Part shown: positions 32,332 to 44,200 of the stretch, piece after piece
How positions within the stretch are numbered: the stretch's first letter is position 1
Layout of the letters: the number at the start of each line of letters is the position of its first letter
From: a virus
Taxonomy: Duplodnaviria > Heunggongvirae > Uroviricota > Caudoviricetes
Virus record (IMG/VR): IMGVR_UViG_3300031992_004563
Coordinates: 201,798 to 265,797 of that record
Reading direction: 5' to 3' (one strand)
DNA length: 64,000 nt
Notes under the pieces: model-generated
Database searches by the model: none
What the model saw: the letters and a program-made list of their open reading frames with translations, nothing else
What the model was told of the DNA's origin: nothing
Translations under genes and position numbers: made by a program

Positions 32332-33711
32332 TTATTTTAAAGAATCATTTTTTATTTTTTCTTTAAAATTTGGATCAATTTCTGCAAAAATATCTTTAAA
32401 CATTTGCTCATATTGATCTTTATTATGTCTAATTTCATCTGGAAGGAATGTTAATAAATGGTCATATTTATCTTTTGCCTTTTCATTATAATTTTCAACT
32501 AAACATTTATAGAAATTATAAATTACTTCTGCAAATCTTTTTGGACACCCATTTAATATACTATTTTTAACATCATATATTTCAGAACTTCCATTATCAT
32601 ATGAAATTGCTCCTGTAGCACGTCTAGATTTTGTAGCAAATAATGGGTCAATACTTACTTTATTTTCTGTCATATTTGATCTACCATGAATACATGCAAT
32701 TAAGGGTTTTATACAAATATTATTATAATTTAATCTTCCATTTTCATATTGTGTTGATGAAATTAATAAAAAGGCTTTTAATTCTGGAAGAATTTCACTT
32801 TCATCAAGTTTATTATTTTTATAAGTGAGTTTAGTATCTTTAATAAAATCGATAAGTGTTTTATTACTATGTACAATTTTTAATAATGCATTATGAATGC
32901 CTGTCATCATTCTTGCATTACTACTTGATGCTGCACTAAAACTATTTCCATATGCAACTTTTAAATCAATAGGAATTATATCATTTTCATTCTTATTAAA
33001 CACTGCATCTGGAAATGCCATTGGATTATTGTTGTTACATACATTAACATCTGACAATAATTGAATAATATTAGTTGGATCCTTTTTATTATGTTTAATT
33101 CCACTTAATAATTGAATTGTAGCTTCATTTGCATAACCGCCCGCACTTTTAAGAATTGTTTGTAAAATTTGTGTGGCAGTATAAGATCTATCATCTTTAA
33201 ATTTTGTTTCATCATTTATAGATGCTAACATCTCATCTTCACCATTATTATTTGTATAAATTTCCAAAGCAGTTTTTATATAAAAACCATTACCCATATT
33301 AAATGAATTAATATTATTATAGAAATTTAAAAATTCATTATTTGTTGTAATATGTTTTGCAATTTCAGATAAATCAATATTTGAAATTGTTTTCTAATTA
33401 GCTTCATTTAATTGTCCCATTATTAATCCAATCTCTGTAATTTTATATTTTTCCATTAGTACAGAATTAAAATCAAATTCTACACTATTAAGATATTGAT
33501 CTGGCTCATATATAGGAGTCAAATCAATATTGGTATTGAAATCAAATTCTTGTGGTTCTGGCACATCATTAAAATCAAAATCTTCACCATCTTGATCTTT
33601 ATCAAATAATGCTGTTAAATGATACCACTTTTTATTAAATTTGATATCTTTACTAAATTCTTTTGAAGTATTATAATTTCGCCAATCTTCTTTCTAATTA
33701 ATCTCTTTCAT
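32332..33711 (-). CDS. Late hypothetical protein (459 aa, code 15); possible PD-(D/E)xK-like C-terminal domain
   Basis: ATG 33711 with two TAG reads into track ORF 32332-33297; TAAATA upstream; GQLNE site; FPD...IDLK. Confidence 0.6.
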
Positions 33712-33742
33712 TGTATCTCTACAATTTTTATATTTATCTTAA

Positions 33743-34006
33743 TTAGACAATAAGTTTTGTTGGGATTTCTGATTTAGGCGCGTTAGAATTATCATCCATT
33801 TTATACATTTCTCTATATTCAGGAAGAATTTCACCACATTTAGCACAATACCAAACTGGAAGATCTACAAAAACATCTTCTGTTCCTTGGCCCATTTCCA
33901 ATCCTGGAACTCTTTTTAAAATAACTCCTTGATTCCAAACTTCGCATCCACATTTACATTTTATATTTGGATATTTAAGCGGATTAACTCGTATTGTATT
34001 TTCCAT
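33743..34006 (-). CDS. Small zinc-finger protein
   Basis: CKCGC...CAKCGE. Confidence 0.7.
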   Translation of the reverse strand: MENTIRVNPLKYPNIKCKCGCEVWNQGVILKRVPGLEMGQGTEDVFVDLPVWYCAKCGEILPEYREMYKMDDNSNAPKSEIPTKLIV

Positions 34007-34010
34007 ATTA

Positions 34011-34334
34011 TTAATCTATTAATTTTGATGTAACATATAAATCTACTTTTTTAACTGATGGCATATCAAATAATGTGCAATCAATTTCTACATAATCTTT
34101 TAAATCATTATTTGCTTTATTTACATAAACATCTATTCCCATCAATTTTCCCATATAATATATGTCAGGTTCAACTTCTTTATATGAAATAGTTTTATCA
34201 TTATCACCAGTTGCATATTCTGCCATAATACCAGCTGTATAAATATTAACAATAATTTTTAAATTTTTTGCTCCTCGTTCTTTAAGATCATTAACTGTAT
34301 GTAAAATATTAACTATGGCTTGATCAAATTTCAT
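34011..34334 (-). CDS. Hypothetical protein
   Basis: 107 aa ORF in operon. Confidence 0.65.
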   Translation of the reverse strand: MKFDQAIVNILHTVNDLKERGAKNLKIIVNIYTAGIMAEYATGDNDKTISYKEVEPDIYYMGKLMGIDVYVNKANNDLKDYVEIDCTLFDMPSVKKVDLYVTSKLID

Positions 34335-34337
34335 ATA

Positions 34338-34772
34338 TTACTGATTATTTTTATACTTATTAATAATTTCATTAAATGGATAAAGCACATTCTCATATTC
34401 TTTAGTAGCTTCACGCATTGAAACTAAATAGTCATGATCTTTTAAGCACTTCTCATAATTTTGTTTTCCAAATGCAACTGCTGCTGTAGCAATATCATGG
34501 CAACCATCATCACCTCTATTCCAATCTTCACCAATTCTATTAACTAATACTCTAGATTTTGCTCTAATATTATCTGCAATGTCTTCAATATCATCAACCG
34601 TTAATTCTTGAGATTTAACTTTATTCTCTAAGAATCTATAAATAACATCAAAAACTTGATCAACATTAACAGAATATAAAATCTTTTTAAAATCTAATTC
34701 TGCTAATAAAGTCCATGTTAAAATATCAAGTGCTTCTTGATATGTTGTTTTTCTCCAATCTTTTACTTCCAT
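34338..34772 (-). CDS. Hypothetical protein
   Basis: 144 aa ORF in operon. Confidence 0.65.
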   Translation of the reverse strand: MEVKDWRKTTYQEALDILTWTLLAELDFKKILYSVNVDQVFDVIYRFLENKVKSQELTVDDIEDIADNIRAKSRVLVNRIGEDWNRGDDGCHDIATAAVAFGKQNYEKCLKDHDYLVSMREATKEYENVLYPFNEIINKYKNNQ

Positions 34773-34927
34773 AATTATTAAAAAATTATTTTTATTCTTC
34801 TATATTATTTCCAGGAATAAATCCAGTGCATTTGTCAGTGCCATAATTTCCGGCGCAGTATTCATAATCACCACATGTATTACATTTTTCCCAACGTGAT
34901 CTTTTTTCCAAATCTTCTTTTTCTTCC

Positions 34928-35188
34928 TTAGTCATTGTTTTGTATTAGTAAATTTTTTATATTTTCCATATTGGGTTTAATAAAAGATTTATAACTCTCT
35001 TTGTCCATTTCTCTTGGTGCAATTGTAGTTACATTTGTTTTTTCATTAAACTTTAAATTAACAATATCTTTTATTTTTTTATTTATAAATGAAATTGTAA
35101 TTATGCCTTTATTATTTGTTTTTAATTTAATATTGAAGTCTTGTAAGTCATTTAATAAAAGCTCTTTGGCATTTTCAATATTTAACAT
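34928..35188 (-). CDS. Hypothetical protein
   Basis: MLNIENAKELLL...; start reassigned to ATG 35188. Confidence 0.55.
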   Translation of the reverse strand: MLNIENAKELLLNDLQDFNIKLKTNNKGIITISFINKKIKDIVNLKFNEKTNVTTIAPREMDKESYKSFIKPNMENIKNLLIQNND

Positions 35189-35259
35189 GTTGATATAAAT
35201 ACTTTTTATATTATAGTTTATAATTCTTACAAAGTTTTGAAACAAAAAATAGAGGAACA

Positions 35260-36522
35260 TTAAAGTGTTCCTCCATTATTTAATTTTTCCATTGCTGATT
35301 TTGGTATTGCCAATTTTTCAAGCATTTTCTATTGTAAATACTAAATATCATTGTCAGCACCATTTAATGCTTCATCTGCAACCGGTGGTTCTGGGAGCTC
35401 ATCGGTTTTTGCCTTAGCTGCATCACGTTTAGCAGCTACATAATCAGTTTTTTCTTGAAGATCTTCTGCTTCACGCTTTGCAATTACTGCATCACGGTCT
35501 GCAGATACCACATCAGAAAGAATAATTCTGGTATTTCCATTAGCACGTTCGATACGGTGAACATAAACATTCAACTTCTCTTGTGCCTCTACTTGGTTCT
35601 GACGGAGACGTTCACGAAGTTCATCACTCATTAATGTCTTGTGAATCATACCTGTAAGTACCTCATTAATTTCACAGAAGATACCAAATGGTGTAGTACC
35701 AGTAACAGTAACCTCAAGTAATGTGTCTTTATTCTCTTTAAGAGTTGTTTCAAGATTCTTAAGATAAATTGGAACAATTGTACGTAAATATTTCTTACGT
35801 GATACAATAAATCCAAACTTAGGATCATAACTTTCAACCATTACTTCCATTTCAGTTCCAACAAGGGACTCATAATCATTAAGCTTATTAGCAGCCGCCA
35901 TTGAACCTGGCATAAATGCTTTAACCATACCAGCAATTTCAACAACAAAACCACCATTATTAGAAGAAATAATCTTAGCAACATATGCCTTGCTCTTCTT
36001 AGTAATTTGTTCTTGCATTTCGCTCATTAATGATTCTACATATCCATCCCAAATAGAACCCTTCTCTACATCTGTTCCAATCTTTGCAACTAATCCCATT
36101 TCAATAAATTTCTTATGAATATCTGGGTCATCGAGTAATTGCAAGAATGTCTCCTTTGTAAGGGTTTGGTCACCTATTACAATAGTATTAAAGAATTTAC
36201 CCTCTTTATTAAGGTCAATACTAATGTTATTAGCACCACCATTAATACTTGCAGAAATATGATTATCATCAATCTTACGCAATCCATCAATCTTAACCAA
36301 TGTATTCTTTTTAAGTTCTTTAGAAATTGGCTCAGCTTGTTTAGTATATTGATTTAACAAATTTTGTGCATATGATTCATGACAATATACCTTAATATGC
36401 TTATCTTTATTTTTTACCTTTTTGTTTACTCGTAGACTTAATCCATTCCATCCATCTTCATATGGAGCCCAATTAAAATCTCCAGCCACGATTTCTGTAT
36501 GTTTCTTAATAATTTCAGCCAT
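35260..36522 (-). CDS. Ribosomal protein S1-like (two S1/OB domains) (420 aa under code 15; 393 aa if TAG 35341 stops)
   Basis: NNGGFVVEIAGMVKAFMPGS and TTPFGIFCEI...GMIHK S1 motifs; terminator hairpin overlaps TAA at 35260. Confidence 0.8.
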
Positions 36523-36549
36523 CTTTTAAATAAATTTAAACATTAATAA

Positions 36550-37437
36550 TTAATTACTCTTTGCAGCCGCAATAACAACTTTTGAATTACCAGCATCAAC
36601 TAAAATACGTGATGCACCGGCAGTATCCATTGTAATTTCAAGAGTTTCAGCTATTAAACCTTTAGTTGCATTAAGGAAGTTTTCCTTAAAAATAGTTGTT
36701 GCAGTTTGTCCTTGTTGACCAGTTGCATAATATCCAAGCAAATAATCAAATGATCCATTTGTCTCATCATAAGCATAAAGGCCAAGAACACCATCAACTT
36801 CCTTAGAATAAAACTTAATAAGATCGCGAGACTTATCAGCTGCAAATACCGATGCAATCTTAGAAAGATTTCCAAGAACCGCGGTATTAACTTCATAAGT
36901 CGAAGGCGATCCAATGTTACATACTCGAGTTAAGAAAGTTTCATCATCACATTTTTGGAAGAATTCACTGATTTGAGAATTCTTTACAGTCATTGTAAGA
37001 GATTTTGAATGGAATACTGTTGTTGTAGCTTGATATTCCTTAACAGCTTTTTGTTGTCCCCAATAAAGAACATTATTACAAATATCAAAGTTTACAACCA
37101 TTTCATGTTCTGAACCATCAAACATTGATACAACATCAATAAATTTGCCAAGAACATTATAAATACCAACCTTAACACGGCCATCTGTTTCGGTGTCATG
37201 CTGTACCCAATCAAAATCTACGCCATTATCTTGAATATGACTAAGTTCAAAACCTGCATCTTCAAAAGAAATTTTTGCGTATTTTACTACAGACTTGTCT
37301 TGTGGAAAACTTTTTGCGATAAACTCATTTGACTCTAAATCAATCTCTACCAATAGCGAGCCATTAATATCTTTAAAACCCTTAAGCCAGGTAACAAAAC
37401 CATTGGTAGATCCAATACTCTTTAGTTTTAATTCCAT
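36550..37437 (-). CDS. Probable DNA polymerase sliding clamp (PCNA/gp45-like)
   Basis: 295 aa with two-fold alpha/beta pattern reminiscent of clamps; no diagnostic motif, inference only. Confidence 0.4.
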   Translation of the reverse strand: MELKLKSIGSTNGFVTWLKGFKDINGSLLVEIDLESNEFIAKSFPQDKSVVKYAKISFEDAGFELSHIQDNGVDFDWVQHDTETDGRVKVGIYNVLGKFIDVVSMFDGSEHEMVVNFDICNNVLYWGQQKAVKEYQATTTVFHSKSLTMTVKNSQISEFFQKCDDETFLTRVCNIGSPSTYEVNTAVLGNLSKIASVFAADKSRDLIKFYSKEVDGVLGLYAYDETNGSFDYLLGYYATGQQGQTATTIFKENFLNATKGLIAETLEITMDTAGASRILVDAGNSKVVIAAAKSN

Positions 37438-37537
37438 TTGTTAAAATGTTTTTACAATGTTAATAAAAATGTTAATTTAAACTCCTAAATATACATAAAG
37501 TATATTTTAATAATTATATGTTCTATTCTTATTTTGT

Positions 37538-37762
37538 TTATTTTAATATCATTTTAATAAGTGACATAATTCCTAAAATAATAAGCCCAATAAAAATACA
37601 AGCTAATACAATAGCAAGTCCACCCCAAAGAGGTGCAGTTACCCACCACCAACTCCAGGATATTATACCACATAATTTTAAAACAAGAAAAATTAAAAAT
37701 AGAACAGTTGATAATCCTAAGCCACCAGTTGTGACTTCTGTTTTTCTATAAATTTCACCCAT
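37538..37762 (-). CDS. Small membrane protein, SWWWVTAPLW family, copy 1
   Basis: LKLCGIISWSWWWVTAPLWGG. Confidence 0.8.
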   Translation of the reverse strand: MGEIYRKTEVTTGGLGLSTVLFLIFLVLKLCGIISWSWWWVTAPLWGGLAIVLACIFIGLIILGIMSLIKMILK

Positions 37763-37774
37763 ATTTTTAAAAAA

Positions 37775-37948
37775 TTAAATTGTTAATAATGGTATAAATA
37801 AAAGACACACAAGTCCAAATGTTATACCAATAATCCATAATACTATACCAATCCATAATGGTGCGGTTACCCACCACCAAGACCAATTAATAGTATTTGT
37901 AAGTTTCAAAATAAGAAACACAATAAAAAGTGTAAATGCAAAACTCAT
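37775..37948 (-). CDS. Small membrane protein, SWWWVTAPLW family, copy 2 (57 aa, missing from track)
   Basis: MSFAFTLFIVFLILKLTNTINWSWWWVTAPLWIG... Confidence 0.75.
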   Translation of the reverse strand: MSFAFTLFIVFLILKLTNTINWSWWWVTAPLWIGIVLWIIGITFGLVCLLFIPLLTI

Positions 37949-37960
37949 AATATTAAAATT

Positions 37961-38209
37961 TTAAGAAAGTAAATAAACTAAAAATAATATTAAAAAGATA
38001 AAAATTATAATTATGAAAAACAAAGCCAAACCTCCCCAAAGAGGTGCAGTTACCCACCACCAAGACCATGAAATATATCCTGTCAATTTAAGTGTTACAA
38101 ACACAGTAAATAAAATTGTAAGAAAATTTGTTTTGCCAGCTGCAAATACTTTAGCAACTTCTTTTAAATTAGAAATAATTTCATTTCTCTTTTCTTCGCC
38201 TATTCTCAT
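37961..38209 (-). CDS. Small membrane protein, SWWWVTAPLW family, copy 3
   Basis: LKLTGYISWSWWWVTAPLWGG. Confidence 0.8.
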   Translation of the reverse strand: MRIGEEKRNEIISNLKEVAKVFAAGKTNFLTILFTVFVTLKLTGYISWSWWWVTAPLWGGLALFFIIIIFIFLILFLVYLLS

Positions 38210-38285
38210 AATTAATTAAATTTATAATTAAAAATTATAATAATGAAATTTTAAAAAGTTTATAAAAAATAGATAACCAAAATGA

Positions 38286-38708
38286 TTATCTATATTTTTT
38301 ATATTCTTGATATGCTTTATCTCGTTGTTCCTATGTTAAATATATTCCATTATTTTCTAAATAAAAATTATATATCATTGTAATGTAATTATATTTTTCT
38401 CTTATATGTTCTGTTGCAAATTTAAATTTTTTTAAATCATCAATAGTTAAATGCATATATTCACATAATTCTGGAACTATTAATTTGGCAATTGCCATTC
38501 CAGCTCTTTTGCAATGGTCTAATTCATATTCAATAAATTCTTCTTTTTCCATTTGTTTATATGCAAAAATATCACCTTGTTTATTACGTATATGTACAAA
38601 TGTTTTATATAATTCTGGGTTATTCTCAAATAAAACATAATCAAAATCATGAGGTTTAAAATCATCATAATTGCTAAAAAATACTCTGCTTCCAACTAAT
38701 ATTTTCAT
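38286..38708 (-). CDS. Hypothetical protein, possibly nucleotidyltransferase-like (140 aa, code 15)
   Basis: ILVGSRVFF...DFDY; read-through adds QEQRDKAYQEYKKYR up to TAA next to a terminator hairpin. Confidence 0.6.
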
Positions 38709-38712
38709 ATAA

Positions 38713-41277
38713 TTATTTTTTGATTTTTTTAAATACACATAAACCTTGATACTAAACTGGAATTATATTAGTAAATGTGTTACCTCTATAATCATTAGTT
38801 CTTTTTGTTTCACAATCTACACTCATTTCATTATCATCATAGCTATAATCTGTATCATAACCATTTAATATTGCCACAAATTCAGGTGATGATGTTGTTA
38901 ATGGAAGATTCAAATCTAATGTATTTGTTAATATTTTACATTCATAATTTAAATCAAAATTACTACTTTTTCCGCCCCATTCATATCTATCCCATACATA
39001 ACATAACTAATTATCAAATCTTATAATTTGTCCTGAATATTGATAATATTCGTATTCTAATGGTACTAATTCAAGTGTAGCATTGTATATATATGGATCA
39101 TAACCAGTTAATCTATAATCATATTCAGAATTTATTTTTCCTTGTGTATTATAATTTTCATCTTTTGGTATTTCATTCCAATAATCTATAAATATTTCTG
39201 TATTATGCATTAATGAAAATCTTTTAACTGAATCAACGCTATTTGGAATATATGACTATATACATGGTATTGATTCGCTATTATAATTTTTTACACCATT
39301 CTCATTATCTAACATTATATTTAATATACTAAATGACTAAATTGAATGTAATATTGTAAAATATAATGTATATGAGCCATTTAAGTCATCAGGTATTATA
39401 AATTTTATCTATACTGGTACTCCACCATTATAATCCATTATTGGAATTATATCTAAATATATACATTGTTTATTATCTATTTTCTTTATATCTTTAGTAT
39501 CAAATGTAAATTTATATCGGCCATTTTCATTATATGTAAATGCAGTTTTGAGATATTTTGATTCATCTATTACAATGTTTCCATTATCTAAAAGTTTATA
39601 TTCATTGCCCTCTTTAACATATGATACTTCTACACCAAAAACTTCATTTAATAGTTTTTCTTTATAATATGTTGGTGTATTAGTTCCAATTGGCTAATCA
39701 CTAATAACATATTTATGTAATCTAAAATTTTTGTTTGGAAATCCAATACGTATTGGTCTATTAACATCAACATCAAACGTATATGATAAAGAATATATCT
39801 TTTTATTTGTATCACCTTCTCCAGATTTTTCAGGATTTAATTGTTTTGATGTTTCATAAACAGAACCATCAACCCAAATTTTTGCATATAATTCATTTAT
39901 ATTATTTGCTGTATTATACACTGATACATTTAATATATCACCTGCATGTATTTTATTAGCTGGTGTAATTTCAATAAATCCATCACTTTCTGACATTGCA
40001 ACACCAAATGCAATACCATATGGGCTATTTTGATCTTTATCCTATTCACTATGAATCTAATAGCTTCCAATAACATCATCTAATGTTTTAGATGATGATG
40101 CAGTTCCTTGTGCAAGAACATGTCCATGCACATCAACATTTAATGAAACATCTACAGATAAACTTTTATTATATAAACATTCTGTACAATCTACATATAT
40201 TGAGCTATTTTCAACATTTATACTTTGTATGTTAAAATCAGATTTTGTAATTAATGCAGGTAAATCTAAAATATTATACGCTGGCAAATATGCATCATAT
40301 GTATCTGCACTTATTTGGCCATTAATTACATCTGATAATTTCATTAATATTTGATCATTATTTCCAGTATATATTTTTCCAAATACTGTATCTTTTCTAT
40401 TTGCTAAATATGTTAATGCATCACTACCTTTATCGCTTTGATAAATTGATAAAATATACTAATTTGCCTAATCGTCATAAATAATGCTATATTTTAATTT
40501 GTCACATAAATATTTAAAATATGTAACAGTATCATCAGATGTTAAAACTGTTGAGAAATTATCATATTCTTTATCAACATTATTATCTGCATTAACTTTT
40601 AAATCACCATTAATAACTACTGGCTTATTTGAATCTACATAAAATGCATTATCAGTTGTTTTATATGTCAATGTTAATTGCCCATCTTCAATATCAACAT
40701 TATCAACGCATTGCATTCTAATCATATCAATATTATCATTTTCATTAATAACATTTGAAACAATATTTAATGCTGCATTTTTATCTATATATGATTCATA
40801 TGTTGCAGGATCATCTGTATTAATACCAGATAAAATATCAAATCCTTTATCATATGTAGTATTTAATGCTAATCTATTATTTGTTATAAATCTAAAGAAA
40901 TCTGAACTCTATTTAGCATTAAGTTTACCAACAATTTTAAAATAACTTGTATAATTATTTGTATTACCGCTAGAATAAGATATATTTATTAATTCTAAAA
41001 TACGACCAGTTTTATCAAAAAATAAATCACGTACTTTATATGGGCGTGTTGTTTTAATATTTAATCCAACTAATGGTAATATATTTGACATAATTTTAGA
41101 CAACATTTCATTTAAGTCTGAAGTTGAGTCTATAATGTCATAATCTGTAAAATATATATTATTACCATCTTCACCAGTCTATCCAGTTTTACCATCAATA
41201 CCATATGTGGCAATGCCTGGTGCATAATCATAATTATTATATTTTTGACTTAAAATCTATTCTTTACTTGTAGACAT
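38713..41277 (-). CDS. Large virion structural protein (854 aa, code 15)
   Basis: Five track fragments in one frame joined by TAG; N-terminal PGIATYGIDGKTGQTGEDG short collagen-like motif. Confidence 0.65.
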
Positions 41278-41279
41278 AA

Positions 41280-44200
41280 TTAAATTTTATTAATTTTTAC
41301 TGTTGGATAAAATATATAATTTTCATAATTTGACACTGTTATTGTCAAAATTACTTCATTATTAATATCTTTAAATTCTGTTTTATAATTTTGGTCAATT
41401 TCAAAATTTTGTAATTCAGGCTCATCATATATAAAATGTTCTTTAGCTATTTTATTTCTAATAAGCTCATCATATTTTTTATAAAGAGTAACATCAAAAT
41501 TACCTTTAAAATTATACAAATTATACAATACATTATTTATATAGTTATTTATATAGATTTTTGAATTGGTATAATTTTTAATATTTTTCCAGTTATCAAT
41601 AAAATTCTATTGATTCATTAAATAATCATAAAATGTTTTCGTTAAATTAAGCTAAATCTCTAATACCTTCTTCTATTTACTTCTTTCATTTTGTTTAGAA
41701 ATATTATATTTGGCATTATTAATGTTTTTATTATAATCCCATTTAGTTAATAATACTCCATTATTATGAAGATTTAATACTTTTGAACCAAAGAACATTT
41801 TATCATCAACACCTAATGAGTATCCTTGTAAATATTCATATGTTTCTTCTGCTGTATATTGTCTATACACATTATTATCCCAGTTTGTTGAGAATGGACT
41901 TCTATAATTCTCAACAAAATAATTATATACATATGTTGGGTTTAATTTACTAAATGTTCCTATTGCTTTACTATATGATTGTGAACTAAATGTTCCAATT
42001 GTTTTTTCATATGAATTTGCTAATACTTTATTACTATAATAATTCATTATTGAACTAATAGATGATATTTGGGTATTTCCATATAATGTATCAATACCAA
42101 TTCTATCTGAAATATTATCATTTAATTCAAAATTGAAAATATTTACAAAATTTGGATTAAATAAACCATTATTAAATTTAACTTTATTTGGTAATAATAA
42201 TTCTATTGTTAATGGCTTATAATTTTCATTAATTTTAATTGGCTAAATATTTTCTTCTACATCACTTTCAATAATATACATATTAAAATCACTTTTAAAT
42301 GAATCAATATATGCATTTAACTTATCATTATATGTTGTTGATATTAATTCATCCATTGGAGTATCATTTCTTTTAATAACATAACCATTTTTCTATCTAA
42401 AGTCTGCATCAATATTTTCATAATATGTTCCTAATAAAGTTATATCATTTTCTATAGATGAGTCTTTTGCCATATTAAAATTATTATATGCATATACATC
42501 ATAATTATCATATGTTTTAAAGTTAGAGTCAATTGTAAAATACGCATATCGTGGTTCTTCACCAAAATTTGTATATTCACTATCATAAATATTTAAGTCT
42601 ATTTCAATAAATGATTTTAAATTTTCTAAATCATTCATTACATATGAAATTGATTTGTTTGCATATATTTTATTATTTAAATATCCAGTATTTTTTAATT
42701 CATATGCATATGGAGATTTAAACCAATCATAATCAATATCCTAAATAATATTATCTTTATATGTTTTAATATTTGAATTTCCATAATAATATGTAGATTT
42801 ATATGTGTGATTAATTATTAATATAAACTCTTCACGTTTAGATATAATAATTTCATTATAATCAGTGTTATTATAGTCATTTATAATAAACACTTCATAG
42901 TTATCAAACTCATTAAGTTTAATTTCATTTGCATATTCATTAGATGTCAATTTAAATATAAACTTAATTCCATAAAATATAAATTCAAGTGTTTGCACAT
43001 ACGGGTTATAATATCCAATAGCAGTTTGAATTTTTGAATTTGAACAAAGATATTTTTTAATTGTACCAGTTTTTAACAAATAATCATATATTGTTGTTTC
43101 TTCGCCATTTACATTAATTATATCATCTAATGAATCAACTATATATTGTCCGCCCTGTTGTGGTGTATATTTGCATTCAATAAAGTTTCCAACAATATCA
43201 TAATCATTAATTAATGTATTAACATCCAATAATGATAATGTATCAAAATAATATCCATTTGATTTCCATTGGCAATTAATATGTGGAACTAATGGAATTG
43301 TTAAATCAGATTTATCTGTATGAATTGGATCTGTATAATAATTATCCTCATTTAAAACTGGATATGTAACATCATAATTATATAAATCCATTGAATTTGT
43401 TGATACCAACATAATTATTGTATCTTCACTAAATTCAATATAGTCTGTTGTTAAATTAATTGATTCAATCTATCCTGCATTATCAGCGTTTGTATACACT
43501 ATCTTATCATTTAATATTGTAAAACTATTTAATGCAGCTGATGGGATTCCATAAATTGAGCCACTAATTATAGAATATGTTATAAATTTTCTAATTCTAG
43601 AATCACTATTGTCAAGCTTAACTATTTCACCAGCTTTAAATGAAGATGATGCTTCTGTATGATGTTCTTCTATAACTTCATTATTTACATAAACATCAAT
43701 ATCTTTAACATCATTTATACCCATTAAAGCAACATTTAATTCCAATGGTGAACATATATTAATTGCATCATTAACTTTTTCAATTTCATATGGTGAACAT
43801 ATAATTGATTTGTCTACATGATATGGTGATATGATTGAAATAAACTCAGCAGCATTTAATGAAAACCTACTTACATATTGTCTATAAAATTCTAAATCAC
43901 CATTATTATTACTAAATTTAACCATTGGATAATATCCATTAACTGTGTATATTAGTGGATATGCAATCATATGTGTTTCATCATATAAATCCTTTTCAAT
44001 TTCATAAATATACTTATCTTTAAAATCATCAACATTTATAAATTTAGTAATATTGGCATATCTTTCAAGTGTTTCTTCTAAGCCATTATTTGCATAACCA
44101 ATATAATGAATATCATAAAATATGTTATTATACTCAATATATTCACATTTTTGAATATTATTATAATTATAATATCTTAATGTGTCATATACTTCAATGT

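Noticed and set aside
35260-35343. S1 tail (DIQYLQQKMLEKLAIP) as a portal-protein fragment
   Set aside because: Resemblance to the T4 gp20 'DIxYFxxKLxxALxVP' motif is short and could be chance; no other portal sequence nearby
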